DNA from: Takakia lepidozioides
Lineage: Eukaryota; Plantae; Bryophyta
Reading direction: 5' to 3'
NCBI GenBank assembly: GCA_030704615.1
Contig: CM060731.1
Span: forward strand, 72,726,001-72,790,000
Length of the DNA: 64,000 nt
Shown: positions 47,611-61,600 of the stretch, piece by piece
Layout of the letters: each line of letters opens with the position of its first letter
Numbering within the stretch: position 1 is the first letter of the stretch
Position numbers and translations under genes: made by a program
The notes under the pieces: generated by a model
What the model was told of the DNA's origin: nothing
Database searches by the model: none
Seen by the model: only the letters and a program-made list of their open reading frames with translations

Positions 47611-50228
47611 GATACTCTTATCTCACTGGAATACTGAGCATTTACTGACGCACTTGAAAGCTGGATGTCTCTGTCAACAGACAGGTCTCCTGAAGTCCAA
47701 AAGCATATATTAGAATAGCCAACTTAGCAGCATCGGCAATGTGGGAGGAGAGTTTGTAGTTTGCGTCCTAAGGAGCCAAGTGCTGCATACCTCATTCTCC
47801 AACTACAGATGATTGTCCTAGGAGATACTATGCAACAGTTAAGTTTAAGATGCAATAACAACACTTGGTCCAAGCAATCCGCTGTGTATCCTTGCATATG
47901 ACCCTCCTTTGGTTATATCTACAATACTCTTCATCTACCTCTCCATTGGAGGTAATCTCTTTCACTCTATCATTTTGACCGCCTCAGGGCTTTGAGAAAT
48001 TCTGCACTTTCAACTCTTCGAGCTCCAACTTAAATTGTTGAGCCACGTTCTGTGCCAGGGTCATTAATGCCAAAATCATCCCTTCTCACTGTACGTGCTC
48101 AGAATTTACATACCAAAGTCAGGCAGGAAATCTGATTTAGCTGGGGAGTTCAATTTAGATTGTTTCAACCTATAGCCAACCCTCTCTTTCTCCATCCATC
48201 TCCCTGGGGAGAAAGTGACGATTCCTTGAATGTAACTCTCTCTCTCTCATTTTCCTTGAATATGGTTAGTGGGTAACACTACTGAGAAATTGCCTAAAGC
48301 CATCATTGTGTTGAGAATCTGTCCGGAACAAGGCAAACAGAGAGACCACTAGTCTGCCCTAAATGGTTAACCTAAAACAGCCTCTGGCATCTTAGTTCCA
48401 TGGCCATTTTTCACAGTTGGGAGACAAGCAGGCAAGAGTTGAACGCTCACCTTGCTGCTGCGGTATTGCTACAATCAAGGTACATTTCCAGGCTCTATGA
48501 GCACTTCAAAGTGCATAGAACACTCCTTAGTATGCAGATACAAAGAGACAGGACAGTTTCAAGAGCTTACGTGACTAGCTCTAATCTGAACCCATGAATA
48601 CTATCTGCAGTCTAAGGGCTTCTATGTAGGACCTACTGCTTGAGTACATTGCAAGTGATGTTCTGGGTACCCAAGTGTACATTTGACTTCCTTACCGACC
48701 AATGTGGCTTACCCTTGGTGGAATACTTATTATGCTTAACTTTACTCATACAGCTCTTATAACACCTTCCTTTAGGAAATGGGTGCATAGTGTTGGGAGA
48801 CCCATCACCCCCTTCTGGAGGATTGGGAATGAGTGCTCACTGATCAATGTGCCTTCCCTTTGTGGGTAGAACTTCATGTATCCTTCCAAGCTCCTAAGAA
48901 TAGTGTAGCCTTACCACATGAAGTGCTATGCCAAACTACCGATTTCCTTGACATACACGGCCTCTCTTTTGGAAATGGGTGCTTAATGTATGGTGACCCC
49001 CACCCCCTTTCTCCAGAGTATAGGCTGAAAATGGTGCTTACTGCTGGCTGAAATGGCTGAGAGACGCTCCCTTACCTATCTTCTCTTTGTTAGTCTGACC
49101 TGTAACAGGGATGACTTCAATTGCAAGTCTAAAGGGTTAAAGCCTGGGTTCCATCACTACCCTGTTGGTTTCTTGATTGTCTTTTGTTTGCTGGGATTCC
49201 TACTAAGGACAAGAGACTAAGGGAAGTCAAAGCTTGAGCTGTTTCATGCCTAGAGTGACTAGGTCTGTATTGTTTTTCTATATACACAATCAATGTGAAA
49301 TAATTTGATTCACAGTCGAAAGATCTAAGAGCATGTGGTAACACAGAAGGGAGTTGCACCTGTATTGACACCATACTACGACTACTAGTGCTTTGCTCCC
49401 GAGGATATAAAAGTGACAATTTATCTATGATCTGCCTATTTAGTATGCATCTGATTGCCACTTAGAACGTCATACATCTGCTTGACCAGTGAGGATATGA
49501 CAATGGCGGTATGCAGGTTGAGGCAGTTTGATGGTGCCTAAGCCAGACTGTATCATGTCATAACAGAGGTAGACATAAATAATTATGTTTCCTTGTCTAG
49601 CATTGACATGCTATGCATATCTCCCTCCCCCGGCCAGAATTTCACAATCTGGTAGATGAAAATTGATTGCATTCTCAAAGGCTTGCAACACATTCGATTC
49701 AACCACATTTCTTCATATATCTGTCAGTAGCAATTCTAAAAATTCCTTCAGCTGTGACTGATTCCCGGTGCTGCACCTAAGAGCTACTTTACAGGACATG
49801 CTGTATGAGACTAGCGCAGGTTACTGGATCCTGAACTTGTAACTGCAAGAGTAACGTTCTTTGAGCTCGTGCGAGTAATGCAGCATATAAGGGGAATAAA
49901 GAGTGGCAGAATGTCATTCTACGAAATTAACGAATGAAGAGAAGAGTGCAGATTGTTCCAGAAAACAAAGAAGGCCAGGGTTTCCACGGACTTAACACAG
50001 ATTTCCAGAGCTAAAACTACCGAGAATGATCATCCGCAACAAATTCAGCACACATTTCGCATTGTCTGGAGATAATAATTCAGTGAAGCAGAGGAAGCGC
50101 ACCGCAGCCTTCACATCGCCACACAAAATCATCCAGACGATACACATACTACGAATCTTCGCTGTCTGCTTTCACCAGAAACAACCGAAAAAATAGCCTC
50201 GCACAACTTACCAACACAGGGAGAGTAC

Positions 50229-50600
50229 CTGGAGTATGAGCCTGACGTCAGCTGCATAGCGAGAGAGAGTCCACCGAAGGCGGGAGTGATGCGATCCCCG
50301 CCTCATGGATCTCGGATGCCCTTTAACAACTGGCCAAATACAAGCTGAGCCACGCCCGGAGATCACAGACCCCCGCCCTTGCACGAAACTCGCAGGAAAA
50401 CCAACAGCATACCGAACACAGCACCGCAAACCTCCCACACCAAGTCAGAGACAATGCCGCACGAAACGGGCCTTCTCGCACCGCGCTTTTCCCAGACGAT
50501 CCGCGCTAGTAGTGCCTGCTCGGGATCTTTGTCCATGTCGCTCGCTCGCTCTCCTCAACGAAGCTTTAGCGAAGCGAGATGCGAGCGAGATGACCCCCAG
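50229..50600 (-). other. Probable non-coding first exon (5' UTR) of the PP2C gene, followed by a ~2.5-kb intron
   Basis: GC-rich island, donor ccag|gta near 50228, and acceptor ttcag|gaga near 47689 just upstream of the ATG. Inferred only. Confidence 0.45.
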
Positions 50601-51609
50601 TCAAAACCCGCATATTCTGGCCGGTAAAACCTCGATATAACTTGATTTACTATTTACAGCACCGTAAGCCTACTTTCCTTGTAATAATAGATATATGGTC
50701 GTAGAATAGTGTGCAGTCGATAAGTACCGCTACAATATCGGCTCCAATTTAAGCCCCGCTCATGTTCCTGCCAAATATATCCAATTCCTCCCCTATAAAC
50801 TGAATAAAATATTGTGATCTGTGGCAGGGACTAGAGTGTGGTGGTTTAATTCTGCCGTCCTTCAGGTGAAAATCTCTCATAAAAATAGATCTGCTGCCTT
50901 GAATGGGCCCTTCATAATTACATGTCCAGTATTGGTATACATATATTTCAAAATACAAATTATTATTATTTTTTTGAAAAAGGGAAACACCTGGGAGCGA
51001 CAGCTCACAAATCAGGCCCCTTTGTAGTGAGAGGAGAAAATAACCTCTTTCATTTATGCGCCATGGAGGCGAATGAGTGGGACACCGCCCAGGCACCCGC
51101 CAGTAGCAAGATTTGACCCCAGAATCATCTGGGTGGCACTCAGTGCACTTAACCATCTGAGCTACTGACTGTTGGACAAATTAATCTCAACCATCACCCC
51201 CACGGTAGACTCCATTCCATTGTCCTTGGTTAAATTTTCACAATTTTTGTTTTCGTTGAGAAGTGAAACACCCGAACCGCAAATAAGAGCCTCTTCCTTT
51301 GCGGGTACTTGCAAGAGTACCTTTCCTTTCCTTCCGGAGGAGTCATCTTTCTTTCTGACCGAAAGGATAAATTAATCTCATTCAAAGACATCGGCATGAC
51401 GTGCCCAGAACAAGGCTCATGGGACGCTCGCCCAAAATATGACGAATGATGGAATCAATATATTAAGCAAGGTAGTTTGTTTTGTTTTGTTTTGTTTGGT
51501 CGTTGAGATCTCCCAAAACGCAAGGCCTCCGTCCGGAGTCTTAATAGCGCTGAAAAGCCCTCAATGAGTAGCGGTGCTTCATAATTCTTGGAGCTGTAAT
51601 CCAACACCC

Positions 51610-51760
51610 CCTTGCCTCCCTCTCCGTTGGCCGCTCCATTGCTCTCCCTTTTTTTGACCTTCAGAAATCTACCCTGGCAAAATTTGGGACCCTTATTTTA
51701 TAGGCTTCAATGTAGATTATTCCGCGGTCTCACAAATGAAATGGAGCTTCATCCCCTTCT
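51610..51760 (-). mobile_element. Second short fragment of the CRE-like element
   Basis: gctccattgctctcccttttt..ttcagaaat..accctg..atttgggacccttattt matches 38107-38171. Confidence 0.55.
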
Positions 51761-54700
51761 CCTTAAAAAAAGAAAAAGAAAAAAAAGAAAAGAGGAAATA
51801 AAAAGATAAATAAAATAAAAATGGAGTGCGGAGCAGTTTCATCGAAAATGACACATTTTAAAGAACAACGTATGGGAAGAGGATCCCTGATGGGACCTGC
51901 ATTCATCCATGATGTCACATCTGCAATTTCATTCATCAAATACCTTGGGGAACCTGCCATGAGGACTTTGGGGAACATTCTCGGGGAACGTTGGGAGTTA
52001 CAGATGGCTACACGCGGCCGTCGACAGTCGCAGGTCCCATGTCTGTGCATTGGTCTACAGGAGGCGCGAGGGTGGGTTTCTGGGTTTGCGAGCGCCATAG
52101 ATTGTGTATCCGCCATCGCCATCCCTTGGAGCTTCCCTCTGTCGGTTTCGACTACTGATTGCTGCTGCTTCCAAGTCTTCCTTTTGAATTTTGCATATTG
52201 CCGTTCTTGGACACTTGGGAAGTGTCCATTGTAAGTTTTGGAATTTAATTTTTTGGGTTGTCTTGTGGTTGGTTTTAGCGACTTCAGAGAACAAGGAAAG
52301 TCGCTTTCTGCTGGTATGCTGAACTGGATCAATTCCATGTCTGAAGTCTGAAGCTATATCAGTAGTAGTGATACAAGGAATCAAGTTTTCATGTTAGAAA
52401 CATGCTCAAAGTTGAGTGTTACATGTCTATGAAGAGAGTTTATGACCCTCATAAGCGGCTTGGATTTTCGGTCGTGAATTGTCCGGTTACTCACCCATGG
52501 CAAACAATGTCTATGGGAGGTGGCGGCACTGAAGGGTGGGATGTATGGTGTGAAAGAACTGCACGCCGAAGGTTGGTCTGGAAATGTATGATGTGGTGGA
52601 GATGTAGTTTATTCGTAGTTTGAAACTGTTATGCCTTGAGATCATGGACATCTCGGAGTCAATGGACTCAGCGTTGCTGGGTTCCATGCCAATTTACGGC
52701 TGATTTCGGTAACCTGTTGGTAACATTGTAATATTTTCAGTATCTCTAACTGTACAAAAGAAGTGCTTGAATTCCGGATTGTGACCTGATGTTGCACAGG
52801 GTCTAGCGATTCTGTAGAAATTTGAGCCCTCAAACATCACATTTTGGGTCAAACCTATTTGGTTTGTACAGCAAATTGCTTGGCTGTTTTGAGGTGCACC
52901 CTCTTGCTGGCCAAGTTAGCAGGCTGTGTGTACCTAGCACACACTGATTTGTTCTGCCATGTGGAGATTGCACCTTCCCAGAAGAGGAAGATTGGCAAGA
53001 ACCCCAGGTCCATTGCTTTCTGTGTTTCTTTCAAGCGATGGCAGTACCTAACAGCATTGCTGAAAGCATGTGCCATCAATGTTGTCAAGCAGAAAATGGC
53101 AATACCTCAGATGACACTCAGTTCGAAAATCCCTGGACACAGCCAGAGATGCTGGGACCTGAAGGCGAGAATTTTGCCAAGGCAACAAAAGATGGAAAGC
53201 ATGCATGGAAGTCAAAACCATATTTCCATCTCAATAATCAGCAAATGACCAAAGCTAAGGCAGAAGCTCAAGTTCCCCAGTCAATTTGAAGCATAAGCCA
53301 CCTTCAGTGCAAAAAATTTCAAAGGACACAACAGGCTCTGACTTGGAAGCCGCTGAGGCTCTCTTTCTTTGGTGACTTCACCCTGTTCATGTCATGCATA
53401 AAGTGACCAAGGATTTGCACGTTGTCTCATACTTGTTGAACTTAGATGGTCCTTTGTGCAATACCCAGTGGGGGGCATTGTTGTCAAGTTGTCTCAAATA
53501 TTGGAGCTGTGGTGCAAGTAGCTTATTAGTGTCCGACTGCACGCAAGATTCTATGGGGCAGCATAAAGTTAAGGTATGAGGCCACCTTCTTGCTCAGTCT
53601 ATGTTTAGAATGTAAGATACTGTTGGTAGTCGCAGGTCCTCTGCTTTAATGGAAGAGTATGAAGTTTACCAGGATGGGGAACAAACATAGTTTAACTTAG
53701 ACTTAAGGTGGTGTGAAAATTTTGGCAGTTGATAGTGAGGTTGCACAAGGGACCTGATGCAAGGATAAAAGACCCGGCATGGCAAGTATGGACAAGGGTT
53801 TTACAATAGACCATGTGGTGAAGGCTGGCAAGCTCATCTTTAGTGCACCTAACTAGCCTCAGTTCCAGGTTTGCTGCTCTTTAGTCCGGCATCTATCTGC
53901 AGCAGTCTCTCTTGTATACACACAGTGTTGGAAATACTGGAGGGCTTTTGGTTGTCAAGGTGTCTGTCTAATTCATCATTGTAGCATGTCCTTCTATAAG
54001 CCTGGGTTATGGAAAACAGAGCACTTTGCTGTGTGACCAACATACCAATAACTTAGGTTGCTCTCCCTACTTTGTCCTCTACAACTAGTGCTTCCCACAG
54101 CTCCCAGGCATGGGATTTTCCTCAAGTCCCTTTGACCTTCATTCACATCAGGCCTAAACCAGAAATAGTTTGGTAATTCATCTGCTTGGCTTTTGAGTTT
54201 TTACTGCATGAAACTTCTTGTTTATTGTTCTGGTTACCATCACACTGATCCATCATACTTAGTGTTGATGCAGGTTTTGCATATGACGACAAAGTGAATG
54301 AACTGGTTCAGATCCTAAGGCTGGCTCGGATACTTCCATTGGCAGTGACACCCAATCCTGACCTTCTGTACCACAGCCCTTTAATTCCCCTCTCAGCCAT
54401 GTGTAACACCCGTCAATTGAGGCCTTTGTGGAGAATCTTCCACAGCAATAAAGTGAAACTGGATTCTGGAAACCATCGCACTGAGTCTGAATTGTAAGGC
54501 CCAGTGATGTTTCTTTCATGTCCATTCGAGGTTGTCGACGGTGTCAAGGAGAGCATATGTGGAGGACTTGTTTGACCATGACTTGGGCGGTGCTCACTCT
54601 GACGGCGACTGTCGAAACCGGACGGTAACTTGGACGGTGGGGAGTGGGCCTCCCAAGGGAGGGCGACAGTTAACTGGCGTCCATCCAAACATCGACTAAC

Positions 54701-55282
54701 GCTAACGTGGACACTCTGGTATCCAAGCTGTCGTTTGATATGTACCGGACAGACGTCCTGGGCGCAACCTCATGGCACACCTCCCGAGGCGCTTCATTCC
54801 TTTCACAGGAATGTGGGAGCCTTTCTTCCGCTTTTTATCCACAAACTTCACCTCCCCACCCTAATGATTGCAACATGATCGGGGTATGATAGTTACTATA
54901 ACGAGGACCATGCATGGCTGATGGGGCGGTCCAGGTAGGATCTAGAGTCTAAAAACAGCGCAGCTGGGTCACTGAGAATCACGTTCAACTGGTTGATCCC
55001 TCGAAAATTTCACCTTGGTGGTCATGCAAGTGTGGGTGGGTGTTTAGCTCACGATCTTTCATACCAGTCGCAAGCTTGCAACATCAGGTTGGCAGGGATG
55101 CCCCTTTCAATTTGACGTCTCATTGAAACTTGAAAGCCCACACTGTAATGAATGCAGCAGCTGAGGTACTGCATCCTAGCAACCCGGGCAGGTCAGGCAT
55201 TTACACAACATGTTGACTGCCCTTCTATTACAAGGACACGTTAAAGAATCTTTATCTTTATCTTTATTACAAGGACAGTGTG

Positions 55283-56051
55283 TACCGTGGACAACCGTTT
55301 AGGCGATAATTAATTCAACATGAAAGTGCCTAATCAATTCTGTGAATTTTTCAGATTTTGGCCTAATTGTTGGGAAATTATGGGACCAAAGTGCCTAATG
55401 CCTAAAAATTCCACCAAAAAACTTGCAAGCCTCTTCTCATGAAGTTGTTTGTAATAAGATTGAACAAAAATCAATACAAATATATTCGTGAGGAAATAAC
55501 TAGCCTACCAGCCTACCACAACTCAAGAGTACCATTATCTAAGAGGTTTCACCATGCACCAGCATACCAATATGAAACCTACCCAATGACCAATGTATCA
55601 AAGCCTTGAACCAGCGTGCCCACCCAATGACCAATGTATCAAAGCCTTGAACCAGCGTGCCCACCCAATGACCAATGTACCAAAGCCCTCTACCAACGTG
55701 CCCAGTGGACTATCGATATTGAACTCCCCTAAAGTGTGAGAGTGAAGGGAGAGCTTGCTTGTACCAGCTTGAGCCCCGGAGCACCCAGTACAACAAAGAG
55801 GGGCAGTTTTAGGGTTTCAAAGGAAATGAAAGGTAGTTGGAGCCTGGAAGGGCCCATGGGCATTGGGTGTCTATTTTGTAATTTTATTCTTAAGAAAATA
55901 AATGTTTTCTCTTCTCATGGGCCTAATTCCAAAAAATTATAGCATGAAGATGCCTAATTTGAGAAATTGTTTTCAAAACATGCCTAATTTTCTGATTGAT
56001 TGATTTTATTATTAGGTGCAAAAATGCCTAAACGGTTGTCCAGGGACGGTA
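55283..56051. mobile_element. MITE (Tc1/mariner-Stowaway-like ends) with an internal 41-bp tandem repeat
   Basis: tggacaaccgtttaggc (55288-55304) is the exact inverse of 56026-56042, and both ends start TACCGT. acccaatgaccaatgtatcaaagccttgaaccagcgtgccc occurs ~3 times at 55581-55703. Confidence 0.7.
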
Positions 56052-57605
56052 TAATTACCGCCTACAATTGTGGAGGAGGTGACAGCTGGGGAGGGGATGT
56101 TAACATAGTTTAAAGGCCCACAAGAAGAATGCAGCTGAGAGTTAAGTCTGACTATTTTCATCATACCTACTGACTGGAATAGACATGCCCTACCTGTGGA
56201 GTCTCCCATGTTGGAATTGGCCCTGTTGGTTCACTTTTTCTGACTGGAATAGATACTTTAATTCCTTTATACAGAGAATGTTTTTACAAGAAGGTACACT
56301 TCTGACTGAGGTTGCAGTCCTCGGGTGTTGGTCCCTGTCCAGATGGTGGACCCACCTCTCCATGCGTGGCCGTACTTCTCCCTTCTGGGTCAGAACTATC
56401 TTTCAGGGACGTTATAAACTTGTATAATTTCATTTCTTCTTTCTCTCTTCGTCCGTACGCAAGTTTGTAATCAAGACGTCCGAAGGAAAAGTATGCAAGC
56501 CGTGCGTAGGAGGCAGACCACCTTATAGAGAGGTATGTACGTATGTACCAGCAGCAATGTCCTGATCCTGTCCTATACTAATCTTGATGTAGTCTTTCTA
56601 GACACATTAAGCCGGATCCCTCGAGGTGGCCACGGCTACCGGTGTTCACTCGACAAACACCTGTGCTCGTAATTTGTAGAAGGATATGAGAGGGACTTGA
56701 ACAGATATGGAATTTTGAGCCAAAGCTGGACTTTCATGTGCACCAAACCACACGGGATACATGCATAAGTTACAAGAGTACATGTAAGAAGCATGGCACA
56801 GGTCTTTAGCGATGGACTGGAAACCAGCTCTAGCTACACATGATGTGGTATCGTATCGGTAATCAGGCATGACCTGGGTTGCTCCAAAAGTTGAATCTTC
56901 TTTATTGATCAATCTAAACCTGGAAAGAGCAGTAACGAAAACTCGTACGGAATACTACGAATTGACGTGGGACTAAAACCTGTTGCGGCCCTGAGACAGA
57001 AGGATTCTTCTGCTGGTACATCTGAAAAAATTTAATGTCTGCAAATTGTAACAAGTTCCTATGCCTTGGGACCTCCACCAACGCAACCTGAGCCAACCCT
57101 CGATCTTGGCAAGCACACATGTGTCGGGCACATGTATAAGATCATTGAGTAGCCGATCTTAGTGTACACACGTATATTGTTTGATCAGCTCCTGGATTGA
57201 TGTCTGGCCTCCAACCAATGAACATGGATCAAGCCTCAATTTCGAAGTTGAGGAGGCTCTCCATACCTCCACGATCAACTCTGCTTTAGTTAGATTACCA
57301 TCCTGACACAGAATCATGCGTCCACCAGGCAGAAATGCAGTGAACAAGCCTCGAGCGAGACCCTGAATCTCAATTTGGCCAAGACCTGCGTGCAACAAGA
57401 GAGCTAGACCTAGCCTAGACATGCAACACCTTGGAGTCTAATAATGATCATACTGCTCAGGTCGACTGAGACCCTCGGAAGAATCCTTTGAAGTTCAAGA
57501 ACCCTTGTTTTGATCAACCTTAGGAAGTCTCGGATGATCCTAGGAAGACCCAACTTGTGAACATCCAGTAAATAAACATGCCAGATTATATGCTCAGACC
57601 TCGAA

Positions 57606-58628
57606 TCAAAGGCAAGATGGCCCATGCCCTAGGCGAAGCTCCAGATCGAGAGTCTCAGGTTGATCTTCCTCACTCGGAAAATTTGATGTCGGCTCGGAAA
57701 AACTACGAGAGAGTTTGCTGAAGTTGATAGTTTGGTGCCGCTCAGGAGTGCTACCTCTTTCAAACGCTGGAGCAGATTGGCTGTACGGGTGAAAGGCGCC
57801 CAATTTTAAAGTTGTCTGAGGCAAACTCACCACTAACTCCACAGGCTGCAAAGTGGTCGGCGAGCTTTGGAACCTATGCGTACTGTTGTCGGTAACACCG
57901 CTCGAGACAGAGTTGGAATTTGATGTGAGTGATTCCTGGGATAGTGGTGAGGTAGGCAGGGGGGAGGACGGAAAGGGGGATGAGGACTGCAGAGCTGTCA
58001 AGTTTGAAGACCCAGGCATACTGCTCAACTGAGGTACTAGTGGGCCTGGAGCTCGTGGGACAACATTGCCAGTAGGCAGCGAATTCGAAACAGCGATAAT
58101 CTGAGGTCCCCCCGCCGAGTTCTGAACGAGAAAGTTCTCAGAGTGCGCTCGTTGCAGAGATGCGCCAGCCGGTGCAGGGATCGAGTAGAGCCAACAAAGC
58201 TGGGAGGTTGGGGCCCCAGTGCCAGACTGCTGCAGTTCACCGCCTGCGCTGACAACTGGAACTGGCGGTGGTGTGATGAGCGAGGCTGCATTTCTGAGCT
58301 GTGCCATCTGATTAGCATGAGCTCTCTCTCTTCTGTGGACGTTCATGTGCCCCCCCAAGGCCTGTGCAGTCCGAAACTCCCTCTGACAGAAACTACATGA
58401 ATATGAGCGCGGGGGCCACTGCCCGCTGCTGCTAGCATCTTCAGCAAAGGCCCGGACCTCCCATGACTCAGTTTCCATGGTGCTTGCAGCACTACCAGTG
58501 CTGCTGGTCCATGCACCCTGCCTGCCTGCTGCCCAGGTGCCTCCCGGCCCCAGCCCTGCCCACGCGCTCCTTCGGAGCTGGTCTTGCTCTTGCTGCTGTG
58601 GGTATGGCAGCACCAAGTGAGTCGTCAT
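57606..58628 (-). CDS. SUPERMAN/ZFP10-like single C2H2 zinc-finger repressor with EAR motif
   Basis: Intronless 340 aa; [33 protein letters not shown]; C-terminal LDLELRL. Confidence 0.95.
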   Translation of the reverse strand: MTTHLVLPYPQQQEQDQLRRSAWAGLGPGGTWAAGRQGAWTSSTGSAASTMETESWEVRAFAEDASSSGQWPPRSYSCSFCQREFRTAQALGGHMNVHRRERAHANQMAQLRNAASLITPPPVPVVSAGGELQQSGTGAPTSQLCWLYSIPAPAGASLQRAHSENFLVQNSAGGPQIIAVSNSLPTGNVVPRAPGPLVPQLSSMPGSSNLTALQSSSPFPSSPLPTSPLSQESLTSNSNSVSSGVTDNSTHRFQSSPTTLQPVELVVSLPQTTLKLGAFHPYSQSAPAFERGSTPERHQTINFSKLSRSFSEPTSNFPSEEDQPETLDLELRLGHGPSCL

Positions 58629-61600
58629 TTGTGCGAGTGAGCGAGAGAGAAAGAAAAGAATCAGAGCTCTAGGTCTACAGGCCTTACGAGATCAAGCAGA
58701 TACTCCTAGACATGCAATTTGCTCAAAATCGACTAGCTCTGCTCGATTCCGAACTGAATTGACTCACAGACCTGTGTACGTCTGGATACAATTGCAGCCA
58801 GCTATGACAGGTCAAGGCTCAAACTGATTTTTTCTGAGTGCGCAGCCACATCTGATATTCTCAGTAAAAATTTCGATCTGCTCTCTGCGACGCTGCATTT
58901 GCAGATCTATCTAATCCAAGCTCTTCAGCAATAGCTGCCTCTGGCCTGCATGTGGATTGTGATGTTCAAATCATCCACCGATAGCACAAAGGACCACAGA
59001 CCCTCTTCAGGTTTGATCTGCGAAAATCAAGCCTTGGAGCCCTCCTGCTGCATGTGTTTCCACTCCAGCAGTCCCGATCTCCAGAGAGCGAGATGGCGAG
59101 AGAAGGAGTGAGAATGGAGGAGCTTTAGAGCGCAGGGTACATAGAGGCAGCGGCAGCTGTGGTGGGCCTGCTCCTTCCAACCCAAGACGGCGCGCACGAG
59201 CGAGCCGCCACCTGCTACTTCCGGTCACCGGGAATCTCAACATCATTATTACCATTTTCTCTATTTTATTATTCGTTATTAATTCCTTCCTAGTAACTTT
59301 AACCAGGGTTACCTGACTCAGCGAGGTTCCGCGGACAGCGCGATACCCCCGGCCTCACGAGAATAATAAAAAGAAATAATAAAATAAATAAATAAATTAC
59401 ACTAGTACCTAAGATCCACATCACTAATATTGTCGTTAGTAGAAGGTCCCCCCCACAGTTGGCAAATTCCTAGTTGGAGAGGAGTTAACTTAACTCTGGT
59501 CAAAAGTTCCTAGAGAGAAAGTAATAAAAAATAAAATAAAATGCGAACAGCTGGTCCACCGGCTGCAGCCGGTGAGGTCTCGGAAAGGACAAGACGAGGA
59601 CCTGGGGCGAATCGCCGGCAGCGGTCGGAATTTCTGGGCGCTGTCGCCCGTGCAGGGCTGTCGCGGCAGCGGGCCCCGGCCGGCCCGGTTGATGCCCACC
59701 CGCCACGCGCCCGGTCACCGGGCCCCCCGGTTGCCAGGTAGGAAAACAGTGGATACGACGGGAATAGCCGGTGGCGGACAGGTTTCGCCGGACTAAAGTC
59801 AAGCTAAGTTAGTCGAGTGATACTGGCAAGGCTATCCCAGTTGTGAATACAGTTGAGTTCTGTAAGGGATCCTTTTAATATTCTTCAGAGATTCTTAAAC
59901 AATCCACTAAGAAGCTTACCACCTGCGTGACGGTAGGGGCGGCTTAATTTGGGAACTAAACAGTGTGCCAAAAGATACACTCAAATAAATAGTGCTCTCT
60001 AGGTTTTATCACTTTGCTTTTTGTTCACACCGGGAAATTTGGTACAGTCAAACCTGGATAAGTATTTAGCATTATTGACCGAACTTAGTTTTTTAAGAAA
60101 TAAGAGATATGTTAAACCTTCTTTTTAATTACGAGGCAATTAAAAAATAGGATTAAAAAATCGGCCTTAGTAAGATTTGAGGGAGGAGGGAGGAGGGAGA
60201 AAAAACTTAACTAAAACAGAAAAATAACAATAGAGAAATAATGGCAAGTTTGACTGTAATGGTTTCATTTAGTGAGATATGGAAACATAAACTGAGAACC
60301 GTTATCCAAATGTGCAATGCCACTAGATTTTTCAAATCAATACGATAATATTATCGGTTTGATTAATTATTCGGGTCAGCCATGAGAGAGAAGACTCCGA
60401 CCAAAGCCAGCGTAAATAAGAGCCACTTACGCTACAGCTACGATTATTGAATCATGTCTAATAATCTTCCCATCTAACTATTTTTACCTGAGATTTTAAG
60501 GTTATATTACTCCCACCGCTAACTTGTTTTCCATTTGCGGGAAATCTATCCTGATGACAATATACGACGACGGGTTATGTACGCAACATGTGCGGGTATC
60601 GCGCAATAGTTACAAAAATGGACGTTTATTTGTACTACTTATTTGTACTAGGACAGCCCGCAATAGTCTGAATTATATTTGCGGAGAATCCAACTAATAT
60701 TAGTAGGAATCATGCAACGGTGGAAACAATACGGTTTCGAAGTTGGAATAATAAGACATGATGTCACAAGTTTGCAACTCACTTATGTAAGTGAGATCAC
60801 CCAAAACAAAAAACAAAAATATCACTAAGTGAGACTACCAACGCTGTACATAAATATACAAAAAGTCGAAAATTCAAACATAAACGGATACAAATACAAA
60901 CAAATGAGTCGCTCAAAGTCTCAAGTGTGGTCGACCCTTGTCTGTAGCGGTGGATCTGAGATCCTCAATAGTCATAAGCTTGAGTGGAAAATCGGTAAAC
61001 ATAGACTCTCGGGAGTGGTCAATGTCAATAATCAACGAGTTTGATGGATCAAGTGACTACTTCCACAACATTAGCTTCTCGGGGACTGCACTTCCTGCTT
61101 CTCTGGGACTATATTAGTAAGTGGAGACTGCAACAGCAGTTTTCGTGGTCAAATCGAGGTGCAGCACCTGGATCTTCTCACGCTGCAAGAGCAAGGAAGT
61201 TCAGCAGATGCGAGTATGAGTGACGAGGCCAAATGTCACGGAGATTGGAAGCCGGCGTTACAATCTCTGTGTCAGAACCGTAAGTTACAGTACCTCTTGT
61301 CTTTCTTCCTGCCAACTTCGGCAAAATCGCCATCGCGTTCACTAGCTCCCACATCGCCTACACAGTGTGCATGCAGTGAGATTGGGCTGGCGGCAGTTCA
61401 GCAAGCTGCATGAGTCCAAACGACAACAGATGGCTCTTGTTTAAGTCATGAGATCAGATCATATCATACTTAGTTCTGGACTACGTTTTATTATAGACCA
61501 CTTAGTATGATCCTCTTGTAGTCGGAAACCAGTCGGATGAGCAGTAGGACCGCATCTTTGTCTTTTTTTGGCCCCTCAAGACCCCAAGAGGATGCTGGTA

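Noticed and set aside
51763-54900. ORFs of 60-190 aa between the PP2C and zinc-finger genes
   Set aside because: No recognisable domain or exon chain; probably decayed TE or intergenic sequence.
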